Position numbers and translations under genes: made by a program. A DNA stretch of 64,000 bases, from NCBI GenBank assembly GCA_000165425.1, contig CT868664.1, positions 62,001 to 126,000 of the forward strand. The letters run 5' to 3'. The DNA is from Paramecium tetraurelia. Taxonomy: Eukaryota. Below, in pieces: positions 1 to 13,399 of the stretch; within the stretch, counting starts at the first letter, position 1; the number at the start of each line of letters is the position of its first letter. Below the pieces are notes generated by a model, which saw nothing but the letters and a program-made list of their open reading frames with translations, did no database searches and was not told where the DNA came from.

Positions 1-687
1 ACAAACGTTCGATCGCTTCATCCTTATCGCTTTCCATCAACTAACAGATGTCAGATTGATTGTGGAGACATTTAAAATGATCATTTAGGACAATGAACTT
101 TTGATCTGTCATCCAGGGCCTCGGTTACTGATCACTCATACATTAATTTAAGAATATGCATCTTTGCACTCTAAATGGTCTCCTATTGCACACATTAGTT
201 TGATTTGGCTATTGAGGACTTCTTCTTTTTTCGGTTTATAAAGTATAAAAATCCAAGCAATGCAACACATTATCCCAAAGTTAACATCAATCTCCACACC
301 TACACATAATTGTACAAAATTTGAGAAACCATCCCCCAAAATAGCACCAGAATACTCTGATTATAGAACATTTTTGTGTCGTACAGCAGTTCAAACTATA
401 TCAATATAAGTACCTAAAATTTAAATCTACTCTACATATAAATATGCTAAATCTTAATTGTCATTTTACAATAATCCGAAGACTATGCCATCATTCCCCA
501 CTCCCACAATCCATAACACTTTGAAATCTGAATATTTCATCAGAGCCATCTTAACAATTAGACCAATATAGTGTAATAAGATTGGAATCCACAATAAATT
601 GTCATTGCTATTCAAACTCGCCCAAATCAATTCAAAAGTAACGAATGCCTCGAAATAGAAGAAACTCGCAAAGTTAATTCTCTGCAT
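1..687 (-). CDS. Multi-pass membrane protein, 5' part only (runs off the left edge of the window)
   Basis: ATG at 687. Open in code 6 after removing two 22-nt introns (GTAGAG..TTTTAG and GTATGAG..CCGAG). Several hydrophobic segments (LLWIPILLHYIGLIV, ILVLFWGMV, CVALLGFLYFI) followed by a soluble region. Confidence 0.65.
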
Positions 688-1228
688 ATTTTGAATAATG
701 AATAATTAAATTTAATTTCTTACTGATAATAAATACTATCACTAAATTGCTGCCTACAATATCGAAATTCAACTTTCAATCAAATATTACTTTCTCGTTT
801 AACATTATTAAATGTAAATTTCATATTGGATTATTTTTTATAATAATCACATACACAAAGTTAAAATTCAATTAAAAATTATTTATTAAATAATAACAAT
901 CTATAAATTAATACAAATCTAAAAATTTAACTTATTAATCATTTATTATTGATCCACATATTCTCTCAAGGTAACACACTCCTTCCTATTTGGATCGAAT
1001 CAGCCTCAAAAACCAATAGAATTCCCCACCCTTTCCATATCTACTTGTTTTGCTTGATCTCATTGATATTTCTTTTAATCCATTAATTTAAGGGGATGTA
1101 CTAATATCCAAGATAAGGAAAGTCGATCTAAATTTATTAAATTTATTCGATGTTATTTAAAGTTAACACACTGATCAGGAATATTTAGATTTTAATTAAT
1201 TAATTTATTATTATATTATCTAAAATAA

Positions 1229-2737
1229 ATGCTTCGTTTAGCATTCAAGCAATAAAAACGTTAATCTTTCTAGTAAAAAATGAAAATATGTGAATTATTA
1301 CTCGAACGTGGTCTGAAATTTTATGAATTAGGTATGTGAAAGTTTAGAATAATCCATTAGAACAATTTGGAAATGCAATAGATTAATTTGAGATTTGCAT
1401 GTCTGTATTTGCCGAGGCTAGAATGCCAAAGAGATGGGAAGACACCACATTTGAAGAGTTAATTCAATAAAAATAACCTGAGCAATCTCTAATAGACAGT
1501 ACTTAAAATAATTTAAAGAGCAAAAGGACTTCGTCTCAAATTATTTGAGAAAATGGCAGAATGCTATTATCGTCAGTTGGAACAAGGTGCATGTACAAAG
1601 ATGTGCGACTACTGGTTACAAATGAGTCCCTAATGTATAAATGCTTTGATTTTGCGTGCAAAAGTATGTGTTAGAAATAGCAATAGTCCCGTTTTTTGTC
1701 TGACAATATCACACAAATAGATTGTCAAATGGCATTCAAGGATCTCAAATTTGCTTAGCAACTTGATCCACACAATGCAGCATTGGCAAAGTTTTATGAG
1801 AAGGTGAAAGCATAATTATTGGCATATAAAGAGTTGGAATATAAAAATTACACAGATTTGCAAAGAAAACAATTGGAGTTGATTCAACAGTATAGAAAGC
1901 AAGAAGATGATGAGGATGTCCAATAGGATTTCATGGCTCATTTGGCTTATCAAGATTATGATCAAGAGTTGAGTTATGAATTAGATAACACAAAGCCTAT
2001 TCCAATGGAAGTATCAGAGTTAGGAAGATTCATAGAAACAAGAGGAATGGAGATGGTGAAGATATATTAGTAGAATGGATAATTGAAAGAGGCTGAAGAC
2101 TTAAGAGAGAAGTTGAAAAAAGCAATAGCAGCGAAGAAGTAATTGGAAAAGATATCCTAATTGGATTTCAATAGGCCTAAGAAAGTAAGTATTCAAAATT
2201 GAACAGTAGAAATTGTATGAGTTTGCGTAGAAGTATGGTATAAACTTATTGGATCCTCAAGTACAAAACGAGTTTAAGAGAATTCAAGAGCAGAATTTAG
2301 AGGACATTAGGGAGTGGCTAAAACAAAACTAATGGAGTTATACAGATAAGGCTACTTAGATGCAAGAATAGGAATTGGCTAGACAAGAATTGGCCAAATT
2401 GTAATTCAAGAGGAAGACCATTCCTTAGAAGGTAAGACTTAAGGATTTATGATAGCACAACAAGAATAAATTTAATAAGAAAGTATAGCCATTGATTAGT
2501 ACGCAGACTAGTGGTTCTATGCCGGTGACTATCAATAATAATATCACTTACAATTAGACTTTTAATCAATGCAATAATGTGATTAATAATTCAAGTATGA
2601 TAAGCTTATGATTGTTTTTAGCGAATGAATAAAGTGATGAACAATTAGCAGATTGCAATTGCTTTATTAATCTAACCATACTACTCTTGGCCATATTTGC
2701 CATATTAGCAGCCATTTATTATTCATTCCTTAAATGA
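1229..2737 (+). CDS. TPR-repeat protein with C-terminal transmembrane anchor
   Basis: Three TPR-like helix pairs (GLKFYELEQFGNAIDQFE; FEKMAECYYRQLEQGACTKMC; AFKDLKFAQQLDPHN). Ends CFINLTILLLAIFAILAAIYYSFLK*. Tiny GTA..AG introns. Confidence 0.7.
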
Positions 2738-2807
2738 ATTAAATATATTTAAATAAAATAAATTGCTTAAACATAAAAACACTCATTTACAATTAATTAT
2801 ATTTATA

Positions 2808-5407
2808 ATGAGAACTAAGAGTCATAATAAGGCCAAATCTTTACACACTGTCCAAGAGGTTTCAAACACTAACACATTTTTTATCAGTCGAATCACTCAA
2901 AGATCATTTATAAAAAGTATTATTCCCCCATTACAACTTCCTTAATTACCACAGATTTAGGTTCCAGCTCCTTTGACTGGAAGAGTTGTAGCAAGAAAAG
3001 TGATTAAGGCTACGTAATTAAAGACTTAAGAGAGTGTTCATGAGAATGAGATTAAACAATAGCAATCAATATTCAAGTTGGTTGCTTCAGCGGAATTTAA
3101 AAATATCATTACCGAAGAGAAGTCAAAAAAGGAGGAGGATAAGAATTTTACTTTGGATGGCCCCTTGGAATTTAAAAAGGAATGGAGGAACAAAATCTTT
3201 ATGAAGAATCCCAATATTGAAGAGTCTTTTGATTAAATTGATGAAAATCTGAACATGAAAATGTTTCTGAAAAAGATCAGGTAAATCATTACTACTAGTC
3301 ACATTCAACATGATGACATTCATACTAATGAGAATAGCTTTTTGTCAGATAAGTTCAAAACCTAGATGACGAGTCCTAGATTTACATTTACTAATCATCT
3401 TTCTACGATTTAGTTTTAGAACTAGGCAACTTAGTTGTAGAAGGCAGGAACAATCGTATCTCAAGTCTTGGAGGCCATCGAAGAGAAGAATGCTGAGATT
3501 CAACCATTGCCATAGAACAATCGTCGAAAATTAACTATATCTGTATGTAGTCCAGAGAATGAAGTTGGAATATTCTCTTTCAGTATACCAGATTATGGAT
3601 AGCGATTACAAGAGAATGATGAGATTCAAGAGTACAGCGACAAGCCTAAGCATGTGTTGAAGTAAGCTTTGCAGTTTGTAAGTAAATACAAATTCATCGT
3701 AGATCACCTCATAACCCAAGAAAATGACAACGAAGTTTTCGAAATCTATTCTTAAGATTGTTGGAATAACTGAAGAAGAGAATTAATAAGAGGATGTCCA
3801 CCAATATTATAATATATAAAAAGTAATTATTATATGAAGTAAGACTAGAAGGTTCATGAAGATGTACTTGCAAAATAAGATGTCTCGCACATTCACTAAA
3901 TTGGAGGAGAATATCCTATTGCATTTGCAATTGATACAAGAGAAAAGAGGTTCTATCTCCTTCTCGAAACCAAGTGAAAGTCAATAATCTAGCAGAGTCT
4001 ATTCTTGGTGTACGAATCCTGCTAATAGTAATCATGAATCACTCTCTAATCCAACATTCTAAGTTGAAATCGAACCCAATCGTTTCCTATTCTCTTAAAT
4101 CTATTAATATGATTATTCATTTGGATAATTCGGAATTCGGTGATCAAAGTTTCAGCATCGATAATCAATGTTAAGAAATGTTGCAAATGTTCATCCTAAA
4201 TAAAAACTGTTAATATAAGCAATCATATTCAATTCATTGTAAATACATTGGATTGTGAGGATAGAAACATGAATGTTGCATGATTTCGATTTCTAAATAG
4301 ATACAAAATTTATTAATGATCGCCTTAATCCTGCTCTCGATGATGGTCAAATAATTAGAAAGATTAATTCTTAAATGAGGTATCTTAAGAAAAGTGATTA
4401 AATTAAAGTTTCAAAACTTATGTTTTTTCAATATAATAGCATTTTGACAGGAGAATTTGAAGATCAACACGAAATCGATAATTTGACTACTGATTATGGT
4501 TTAATTGAATTAGAGCCTGAAGATCAGCCATAACATAGACAATCTACTATTAAAATTGACATAGCCAAAATGTTTATCAAGGCTGCCAAACCAATATAGA
4601 AGAAGAAATCCAATCCAGATTAATCTCCATCTAGTGAGAGATCGAATCAAAAGCATAATTCCAAAATTATATCATCTCCTCGTCATCAAACCATAAATCA
4701 ACAGACTAAACCTGTCAAATAATTATTAGAAGCCACTTCAAGTCAAACAAGTGTTTTAAGAAGAAGAAGTGACTCTCCCCAGGAAGAAATTAGTATCAAA
4801 GAAAACAGCAATAATACTAGTTAGTCTAATAAAATGAAAGCCACAATTACTTAAACGATACAAAATACTACAGCCCCTATCTTCACAAAAAGAGGATCTG
4901 ATTAAACCAACTGTTACCAAGAGTCAAGAAAGAAGAAAGGCTGTGATGATGATTTCTTCAATGAGTAAGCACTCCTTGCAAATGAGAACGTAGATTACTG
5001 AATCTCGTAGGAGGTAGTCAATTCCTGTTATAGAAATTGCTAAATATTTGATAGAAGAACAAAAGTTAGCTGAAGTATGAGTCATGCGATTATTAATAGT
5101 TAGAGGAACTCTTTGCAAATAACCCGAATCTGCCGATCAATGAAAGATTAAAGGATGGAAATACGTATTTGATTATTGCAGCCCAAACTGGAAATGTCGA
5201 CATAGTTGAACTACTTCTACGCAAGGGATCCTTTGTAAATATGTAGAATGTAAGTGTCTATTATTATTGTTTAAGAATGATGGTGATACTGCTTTGCACA
5301 AAGCTATTGCATACAATTACTTCAACATTGCTGACATTTTGATTTCCCAGGGAGCTTCAAACTTGAGGAATAATGAAGGTTTGACTCCTTGGCAATTTGT
5401 GTAATGA
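2808..5407 (+). CDS. Long protein with C-terminal ankyrin repeats; internal TGA at 4270 unresolved (may be two genes)
   Basis: C-terminus GNTYLIIAAQTGNVDIVELLLRKG..NDGDTALHKAIAYNYFNIADILISQGA..NNEGLTPWQ is ankyrin consensus. Several tiny introns, including a 21-nt stop-containing intron at 3823-3843. Confidence 0.65.
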
Positions 5408-5443
5408 TTACATATATATTATTATTTTATTACTAATTTAAAT

Positions 5444-7444
5444 ATGGGTAAATTAAATAAAGAATAAAGACTTGAGAAATAGTTGGCTAAAAAAGTAGAG
5501 AAATAGGATGCCTATTAGTAAGTCAAATTGTAAGAGACTCCAGATGATGATTTTAATGTTGCCAATCTGATTCAAACACTTGAAGATCAAGGATAGTAGA
5601 TAGATAGTGTTAAAACTCAATACTTAAGAGTGCATGAAAAAGCAGTAAGACTAATCAATTAAATTTAGAGGATTGTTTAAGAACCAGAAACTCAAGCTGA
5701 AAGAGACTTACAAGAACGTAAAGTGGCTGCTACTGTGATGAAGTAGGATATCAAAAAATGGTTACCCATTGTGAAGAAAAATAGAGAGTCTGAGAGGTTA
5801 GACTTTACCAAATAGAGGAATGTCTAGATATCTAAGATGTAAATCAATATAAAAATGTAATTAGATCTGATACATCCAATGCTTTATTAAATAATCATTT
5901 AGGTGTCAAACTATAGAATGCTATGGAGGAAGTCGAGAAAGTCGAATAAAAACAAGAGTTGAATGGATAATCAAATCAACAAAAGGGCAATTTGCAATTC
6001 TACAATGATCTGAAAATGAAGAAGATTTCATCAATTAAATCGAAAATCTACAAATAAATTAAGAAAAAGAAAGGCAACAAGGAGAAACTTAAATTGATGG
6101 CTTAACTAACACCTGCAGAAAGAAGGAAAGAAATAGAAAAATTAAGATTATCAAGAGCTAAGGAAAGAATTACACTTAGACACTCGACTAAGAATAAGTA
6201 TGTCTCTTAGCTTCTAAGATTTGGAGGAGACAAGAAATCTCTGAAACAACAATAGTCATTCCTCAATAATCTTAAGCATTAATTATTAGCCAAGGCATAA
6301 CTTAATGAATTGGAGGATGGTGAATTTGACGAAGAGAACTTTAGAGAATAAGCAATAACTCAATTGGAATAAGAATTATTAGATATAGAAAGGAGAGAGA
6401 AGGAAAAATAAAATAATTTTGGATTCTTAGACAAATAAAAGAAACAAGATTTGTAATAATCAAAATCAATAGCATAGAAGTTATTGACAATGCTCAAATC
6501 TGGGAATGATGATGCCATCTAATTAGATGAATCAGATAATCAAGAATAGAATAGTGATGATAATTATGAGCCTAATGGAAATGGTGATAAGGATAAAACA
6601 AAAACTAATGTTGAAAATAATGAGTTCAATGGCAGAGCAAATTTTGTTAATGAAACCAAGTAACTAACTGAAGCTTAGAAGAAGAAGATTGATGCGAAGA
6701 CTTCTTTGTCTAATTATTTAAACTTAGAACCTGAAAAGCAATAATAATAAAATAAAATAGAGAAGTAATTGACTGTTTAAGAAGAAAAGAAGTAATTGAT
6801 AGAAGGATTAAATATAAAAAACATTAAATAGAAGTATGAAAAATAAGTGAATTAAAAATTGACTAATCAAGACTTAAAGAAATTGCAATCAGATCCAGAT
6901 GAATTGTTATAGTAAAATTTAGCCAATTTCAATTTAGTTTTGGATGAAGATGAAGTATTAAATTTAATCATTGAATCATTAGAATGAAAATGCATTTATA
7001 GATGAGAAAATAAAAGATATGGAAGAGGAGTTGCCTCCTGAACCAGCAAATACAAAGGGATGGGGATCTTGGGCTGGATTTGGGATCAAAGAGAAAAAAC
7101 CATTGACTTAGGAGTAGATTTTATAGAATAAAATAAAGAAGATTAGAGAAGTCTAAAAGAAGAGACTAGATGCTAAGTTAGATAATGTGATTATCAGTGA
7201 GAAAAGAGATGCTAAGGTATTAATCATTATAAGGATGTTTTAGTTTGCAAAATATTTAGTTCCAAAATTGCCAAGCGAATTTGCTAATTCCTAACAATTT
7301 GATTAACTACACACCTTGCCTCTTGGTCCGGAATGGAACAGTTTGACTAGTCATTCAGCATTGACGCAGCCATAAATAATTACTAAGGCAGGGGTTGTTA
7401 TAAATCCTGTCAAGATTCCTTAACAAATAAACAAACTAGTTTGA
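5444..7444 (+). CDS. UTP14: U3 snoRNA-associated protein 14 (SSU processome)
   Basis: Motifs RAKERITLRH, GWGSWAGFG, NVIISEKRD, LPLGPEWN, IITKAGVVINP match Utp14. Three tiny introns. Confidence 0.9.
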
Positions 7445-7479
7445 TGATGTATGTGTTTGTGTATATTAATTATATTTTC

Positions 7480-8914
7480 ATGTCGAAATAGCCATTTTGG
7501 AAAAGGTTATTCTGTGTATGCACAGGAGAGGAGAGTAATGAATAGCGTCCGAAGTCTCGATCAGTGTAAACTCCAAATCAAGGACATTATCAGCAATAGA
7601 AATAGATGCAAAATCCAATGGAAGATAGTAATATCATGACTCAATTAAAATCTATGAATTAGTTGATTGAATCGCCGTATCATTTGATCACTGACAACAC
7701 TTAATAATGTTGCTTTCTGGTTCACAAAACTTAGATGCAATTTCCAATAAGTAAGAATCTTGTTGTGAACTCCAAAAACCCTACTCATATCTTTGATCAT
7801 CAAGAAGAGAAGAAGCTGCTCTTTGACACTAAGCAAAATAAAATAGCTCCTCTGCATCTGAGTCGATACATCGCTGGAAGAATGTAACCGGCTTAAAGAG
7901 TCCTTGAAATCAACAGTCAATTCAATTAACACTCTATCCAAGTATTACAATCCTGAATGGTAGTTTCTCAGCCAAGGAATGTCAGTAATTGCTGTAACCT
8001 AAAATATCCAACATCAACAAATGGGATGGCACAATTTAGAATAGTTGAAAATGCATTAACTTGAAATCTCAGTGATCGGGGCCAACTTTGCAACTCTCAG
8101 AATGGATTGGAATCGAACACCAGTCGACGGAATCTTTATCAACCTCACCAATTACCGCAAGGATAAAAGTGAACAAATCTATAAGGGGTTAGTGAATGCA
8201 GTGAAAATCACCTCTGACATTGTTATTTTGCTATCTGGACAGAGAGTGAACTTCCTGTATGAACTCTTTGCAAGATTGACTGTTGAGTATCCTAACTTAT
8301 TGTAAACAAATCATTTAACCAAAGAATTTCTGTGTCTATTGAGGAATAAGAAATCGTGATTGACAATCGAGTAGAATTTACAGTCATCTATATGGGACAA
8401 TACTCTAAACTAAATAAGTCTAATCTAATTGAAGCACTCTATGAACGACTCATCTTTTAAACCAAATCCTATAAGGAGTTTGAATTGTACACTATACTTC
8501 AACCCATCCTCACCGATCTGATTGACAGTATTGGATGCATCAAAGTGATGAAGTACTTCTTAGAATCACTCTACGATGTCAAGTAGAATTAAGATTTAAC
8601 AAATAATTTCTTTAAATCTTTGGAATAAAATAAACTCATCAATAGAGAAAAATTCCATGAGGTAATCAAACATCTTAAGACTATAGTACCTTGCCAAATA
8701 TCCAATCGTGTCCACTCCTTAATTGAGTCCTCAAAGAAAGCCTCGAAAAAATAGTATCTATATTTAATTCAATCTAGCAATCCAACAATAACAATCAGTT
8801 TCCTTCAACTATGACCTACAAGGCAACAAGACTTAAAATACTGATTTCCTATTAGATGGAGGTACATTCACACCCAACAATTATAATACAAATTAAGCAG
8901 AAGGTTTGAAATGA
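7480..8914 (+). CDS. Divergent TGS1-like (RNA cap guanine-N2 methyltransferase fold) protein, catalytic motifs degenerate
   Basis: IAPLHLSRYIAGRM..VLEINSQFNQHSIQFLSQGMSVIAV..ISVIGANFATL..VDGIFINL..KITSDIVILL..VSIEEQEIVIDNRVEFTVIYMG is colinear with the TGS1 methyltransferase domain. Two introns (22 and 23 nt). Confidence 0.6.
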
Positions 8915-9702
8915 ATTAATTATTAATATCTATGTTCCATCATTTATATATATAGATTCAGAAATTCCTGATATTAAATAGATAATTATTTTTAATAAGT
9001 ATTTTATGAATTTGATTAGACTTAAAGTAAATATATATGTTTATATTTTTGATCAATTTTTGAATTTTATAAAATATAAACCTATTCAACAAACATTGTT
9101 TGTAATTTAGAGATTAAAGTTACATTGAATAAATAAAACCATTATTTCTTACTCACACTTCCCTAATCAAACGCTAATAAAATTTGTAATATTTTAAAAC
9201 AACTCAAAAGTAGTATTAATGACAAAACAGGAATCTGTGTTCTGCATTTATTAATGTTATAACTATACAAATCTTAAATTATTATCAAATATAATTATAA
9301 ATTGTTGAATGATAAAGATCGCTTTTAAAATTATGTCTATTATTTCTTATTTATTAAATTAAACAATAATATTGCATTAATTTCCAAAAGCTAAAATGAT
9401 AATATTGTATTTTTATTCACACTATTATAAAATCTATATAAAAAAGAATATTAGATATAATTACATATTAAGATTCAATAGGTAATATGTATATTTCAAT
9501 CTATATTTGCCCTCTCAATCAGAATCAAGGCAATAATATTAGAAATAGTCATCTATACCAAATGCACCTTAGATACTAGAGTATGAATAATAACTTTGAG
9601 GTTGATACTTCAACATTTAGCAAGATAGGAAAGAGTATTGGTATTATTTAGAATAATGAGAAAATGATTCAATTCATAATTTGATTTCTATAATTAATAT
9701 AT

Positions 9703-10136
9703 ATGTTTCGTACAAGTCCATACTATACAAATGTGAGATAAGAGGTTTATTCTGAAATCAACTATCAATTGGCTCAAGAATTAGATTAAATGAAATAATA
9801 CAAAGATCCCACTTCAAGCAATAGTAAAAAGAGCGCGTCAAAATAAAATTTCAATAGTATCTGTAAATATTGTCAATAAATATAAAAATAGTCTACAAGA
9901 GAACGAATGATCAAGATTAAATTCTAGAGGATCAAATTATCAAGAAATGCTCAAACTGTGAAATTAAAATAGTTTCAGATGACATCAATTGTTCAGTCTG
10001 CAACAAATTGATGTGTTAGAAGTGCATTAATGAATGCACTGGCTGTGGAAATAATTGCTGTTTAGTTTGCAGCAAATACGCATATTTATAAAGTGGGGAT
10101 TTTTTAATGTGCTTGTAGTGTATTTAATAATAATGA
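9703..10136 (+). CDS. Small Cys-rich zinc-finger protein, Siva-like C-terminus
   Basis: After one 29-nt intron: CSNC-x9-CSVC-x4-CQKC-x3-CTGC-x4-CLVC-x12-CLQC, i.e. six CxxC pairs with Siva-like spacing. Confidence 0.65.
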
Positions 10137-10365
10137 TGATTATATAAAATATATGGAATTTTATGAAAAACTTAAATCTTTGATTCTGGGATAGATTATA
10201 GAAAATTGTGGTATAGAATAAAGGTATGATTCAGGACTTAAGTACAAGCAATAATTAAATTTAGAAAATTAGAATTATTTTATTATAATAATTCAAAACA
10301 ATATAATCTTGTTTACATATAAAAGTAATAATATTATTAGTAGTTGCGTAAACAAAATAAAATAA

Positions 10366-11289
10366 TCAAGTTTATTCTGTATCCCAATACTTAATTAACT
10401 CCCCTTCAATCATTATCAATGAATGATCATTTAATATCAATTTTTCAACATTATAAATTTTCTTTTTCAAAAGTATATTTCCTGTTGCAACGCTATACAA
10501 ATACATCACTAGGCCTGATACATATATAATTCTTGTGCCTAGAGTTGAAATTGAAAGACTCTTTATCTCATCCCCAAATTTAGAATCAAAATGCGATCTT
10601 AAAATTTTATTCCTACATTTTATCATCATTCCTCCTTCTTCTTATAAATATTCAACTGATAAGAGATTATTATTGAAAATTAGTTTTTTAAAATCCTTTG
10701 AAGTAGTTCTATATTGAATTCTCATCTTTTTAATGATGCCTAAAATATTGGAATCTTCTTGAGACAATTTCATCACCATCATAGGTTATTTTATATAGTA
10801 ATTAACAACTGCTATTAAATCATCACTCTCCAAATTCCATATTGCAAATTACCCATTTTCTACTGAGAATACAAATAGGTAATTTTTATCTGTCTTAAAT
10901 TCCATATTGTAATTAGACGGAAAATGTTTTGGGTTGATTAACTAAGATTGCTTATCTACTTTAAACTTTTTAGCGGTTGACTTCAACTTCATAACTTATA
11001 TCCATTTATTACAGATAGATCCAACCAGGATCATTGAATTAGGAGAAAAAATCAGTTATATATAATTGCTCTTTTGGATTTTGATGTTTCTCTTCATGAC
11101 AGTGTTGTAGATCAATAATTCCCTTTCCTCATCTTCATTTTGAATCTGAATAGCGATATATTGATTATTTGGGGATATTGCAGCAGCATAATCATAGGTT
11201 CCTTTCAGTTAAAATGTTTTGTTGGGTTTAGAATTGATTAAAAGCCACAGATGTTCTCTTTCATCTAAAATGGTCTTCTTGTTTTTCAT
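10366..11289 (-). CDS. WD40-like beta-propeller protein
   Basis: Intronless ~307-aa ORF in code 6 with blades such as AAAISPNNQYIAI, LIFSPNSMILVGS, FAIWNLE and IKYWDTE. Confidence 0.6.
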
Positions 11290-11774
11290 AGCTTATATTA
11301 TTTAATAATTGATATTCACGTTTGAATAATAATGATATTGATAATTTTGTTCTATTTTATTGAATATCAATCCTATATATAATTTTGTACCATATATATC
11401 TGGTTTAAAGGAGTAAGTCAAAATAAAACTTTTATTTATAAGAAAAATAGATATCTTTATTTTACATAATAATATATGTAATTACAGTTATAACTAGCAA
11501 TCAAGGTTCTCAAATTAAAGCACATCAAAATATGTTAAAATTGAATGTACAAAAAATTATGTGAAAAATGTTGAAAAAACAAACTTGCACAACTAATATA
11601 TCTTCAAAGAGTTTTCAATATCTTATTATTTTCCATAAATGTTAATAAATTCTTTATTATAAATTATAAATTGAAAATTGCAGCAATAGTATTAATAAAA
11701 TTATGTTAATTCTTCTCTCTCTTTTCTAAATATTCGAATTATGTAAAACTTTTAATTTAAATAAAATAAAATCA

Positions 11775-13153
11775 TCAATTTAATCGAATTTCGTAATAGC
11801 CACTCTTAGCTATATTTCTGGCTCTTTTTATCAGAACCTTAGGCCCATTTTTAACCTCAACTTTATCAATTTTAGTTTGAGATGAGCTGAATGTCTTAAC
11901 AACAAATTTTAATTGGACCAAGAAATTTCCCTATTAGATGATATTGAATAATTCTTCCTTTGCTGTGAAGGTTACAGCTAATCTAATTGATGAATCAATT
12001 TCCAGTTTTCCTATTTTCCACAGAATAGCCTAAATGATATCATCAGGTACCTACATTCTCCAATTCTTGAAGTGTTCCTTGAACCATCTCCGTTTCCCCA
12101 AGACTCAGACCAGTTGGTACTGTTAATTTTACATGAAGTTCATCAACTACATATGATATATCTCTGACTGGTCTATTTTAAAAAGGGAGATCTATTTTAA
12201 CTTAGTTATTTAGGAATTACAATTTTGGAATGAAGTCAAATGGAACTCTAATTGAAATCTCTTTAATGTTATAATAAAAGATAGTTGTAGTTCCTGAAGG
12301 AGGAACAAATACCAAGACCTGTTCCCTTTCAAAAGTATCAATCTTTTAGAGCAAGCATTCGTGAACTGAGTAATCATCAAACTGTTTTGGTTGATTGAGG
12401 AATACATATAATTCAGGAATTCCTGATAGATTACAGTCAACTTTGATTTCTCCATTGATCTCTTCCATCAAAATTCTTCCATTCTTATCTAATACACAAT
12501 TTAAGTATTCGATAACATCGAAGTAAACTTCCTCTTGACCCTTGATTTCAGGGATTCTATATTGACTATATTCATTCATATCTGCCTAGCTTTCTATGTA
12601 GCTATCCATTACAGAAACAGTTTCTTTTTGTAAGTTCTGTCTGCCTATTACTTTTTCCTTTATTTTTTAAATTAGACTTCTTGGTTTAACTATACTTTCT
12701 AGTGCGTATCTTTATGTGATTTATGGATATCCATAATCGAATAAGGTATCAAGCATGATGAGGATTGAAGGCAAATTCTATTTGAGACTCTCATAGGATT
12801 CATTTGGGAATGAGGCCTTGAGAACATCCAGAATTAGGAAGAGTGTTGCAAATAACTGTAATATAGGAATCTCTTCTGTTACAATTGCTCCTATGATGAA
12901 TTCCGAGAAGGTAACAAAAGGGTAAAGAGCATCCTTTATTCTAATAATTGGGTATTCCTTATCCTAAACTAGACTCAATATCACAAAATTACAGCATTTG
13001 TCCCTCTAAAGTATTATATGAATTGAGTGTAGAATTCAGGCAAAGTGTCCTTGCGCTTGAGGCCTTTAAATATTCTATGAGCCAAAATTTGACTATGTAA
13101 ATCATTGATGTATACCCATTTTGAGAAAGTATAAAAATTGTATCAATGGACAT
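11775..13153 (-). CDS. AP3M: Adaptor protein complex mu subunit, AP-3 type
   Basis: MSIDTIFILSQNG; MLDTLFDYGYP..ESIVKP; EEVYFDVIEYLNCVLDKNG..GEIKVDCNLSGIPEL..FDDYSVHEC; C-terminus ARNIAKSGYYEIRLN*. Confidence 0.85.
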
Positions 13154-13399
13154 ATAGAAATATAGATGAAAAAATTATAAAATTGATAAATAAATAACAC
13201 TAGAAGGGTATGTTTAGATCATAATTGTAATTTTGGAAGAGTAGTTGACACAGTTTCCGAAATATTATTACATTCCTAGCAACATCATAAATTAATTAAG
13301 TTTGATAAGTTTAGAGATATGATAGTTAATTTGTTTGATAATAGCTTTACTTCTTAATATTAAATGAATAACATTATATAGCCATGAATCATAGTATTT

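Noticed and set aside
130..400. Apparent in-frame TGA at 391-393 and an ATGA stop/start overlap near 137-140, suggesting TGA=Trp
   Set aside because: Both disappear once two 22-nt introns are removed; the real reading frame differs from the ORF-track frame.
4270..4272. Selenocysteine codon
   Set aside because: No redox motif context, and the 36-bp downstream spacer leaves no room for a recognisable SECIS.
4244..4295. Retained TA-bounded IES as the cause of the internal TGA
   Set aside because: Only the left end resembles TAYAGYNR; there is no matching inverted right end.
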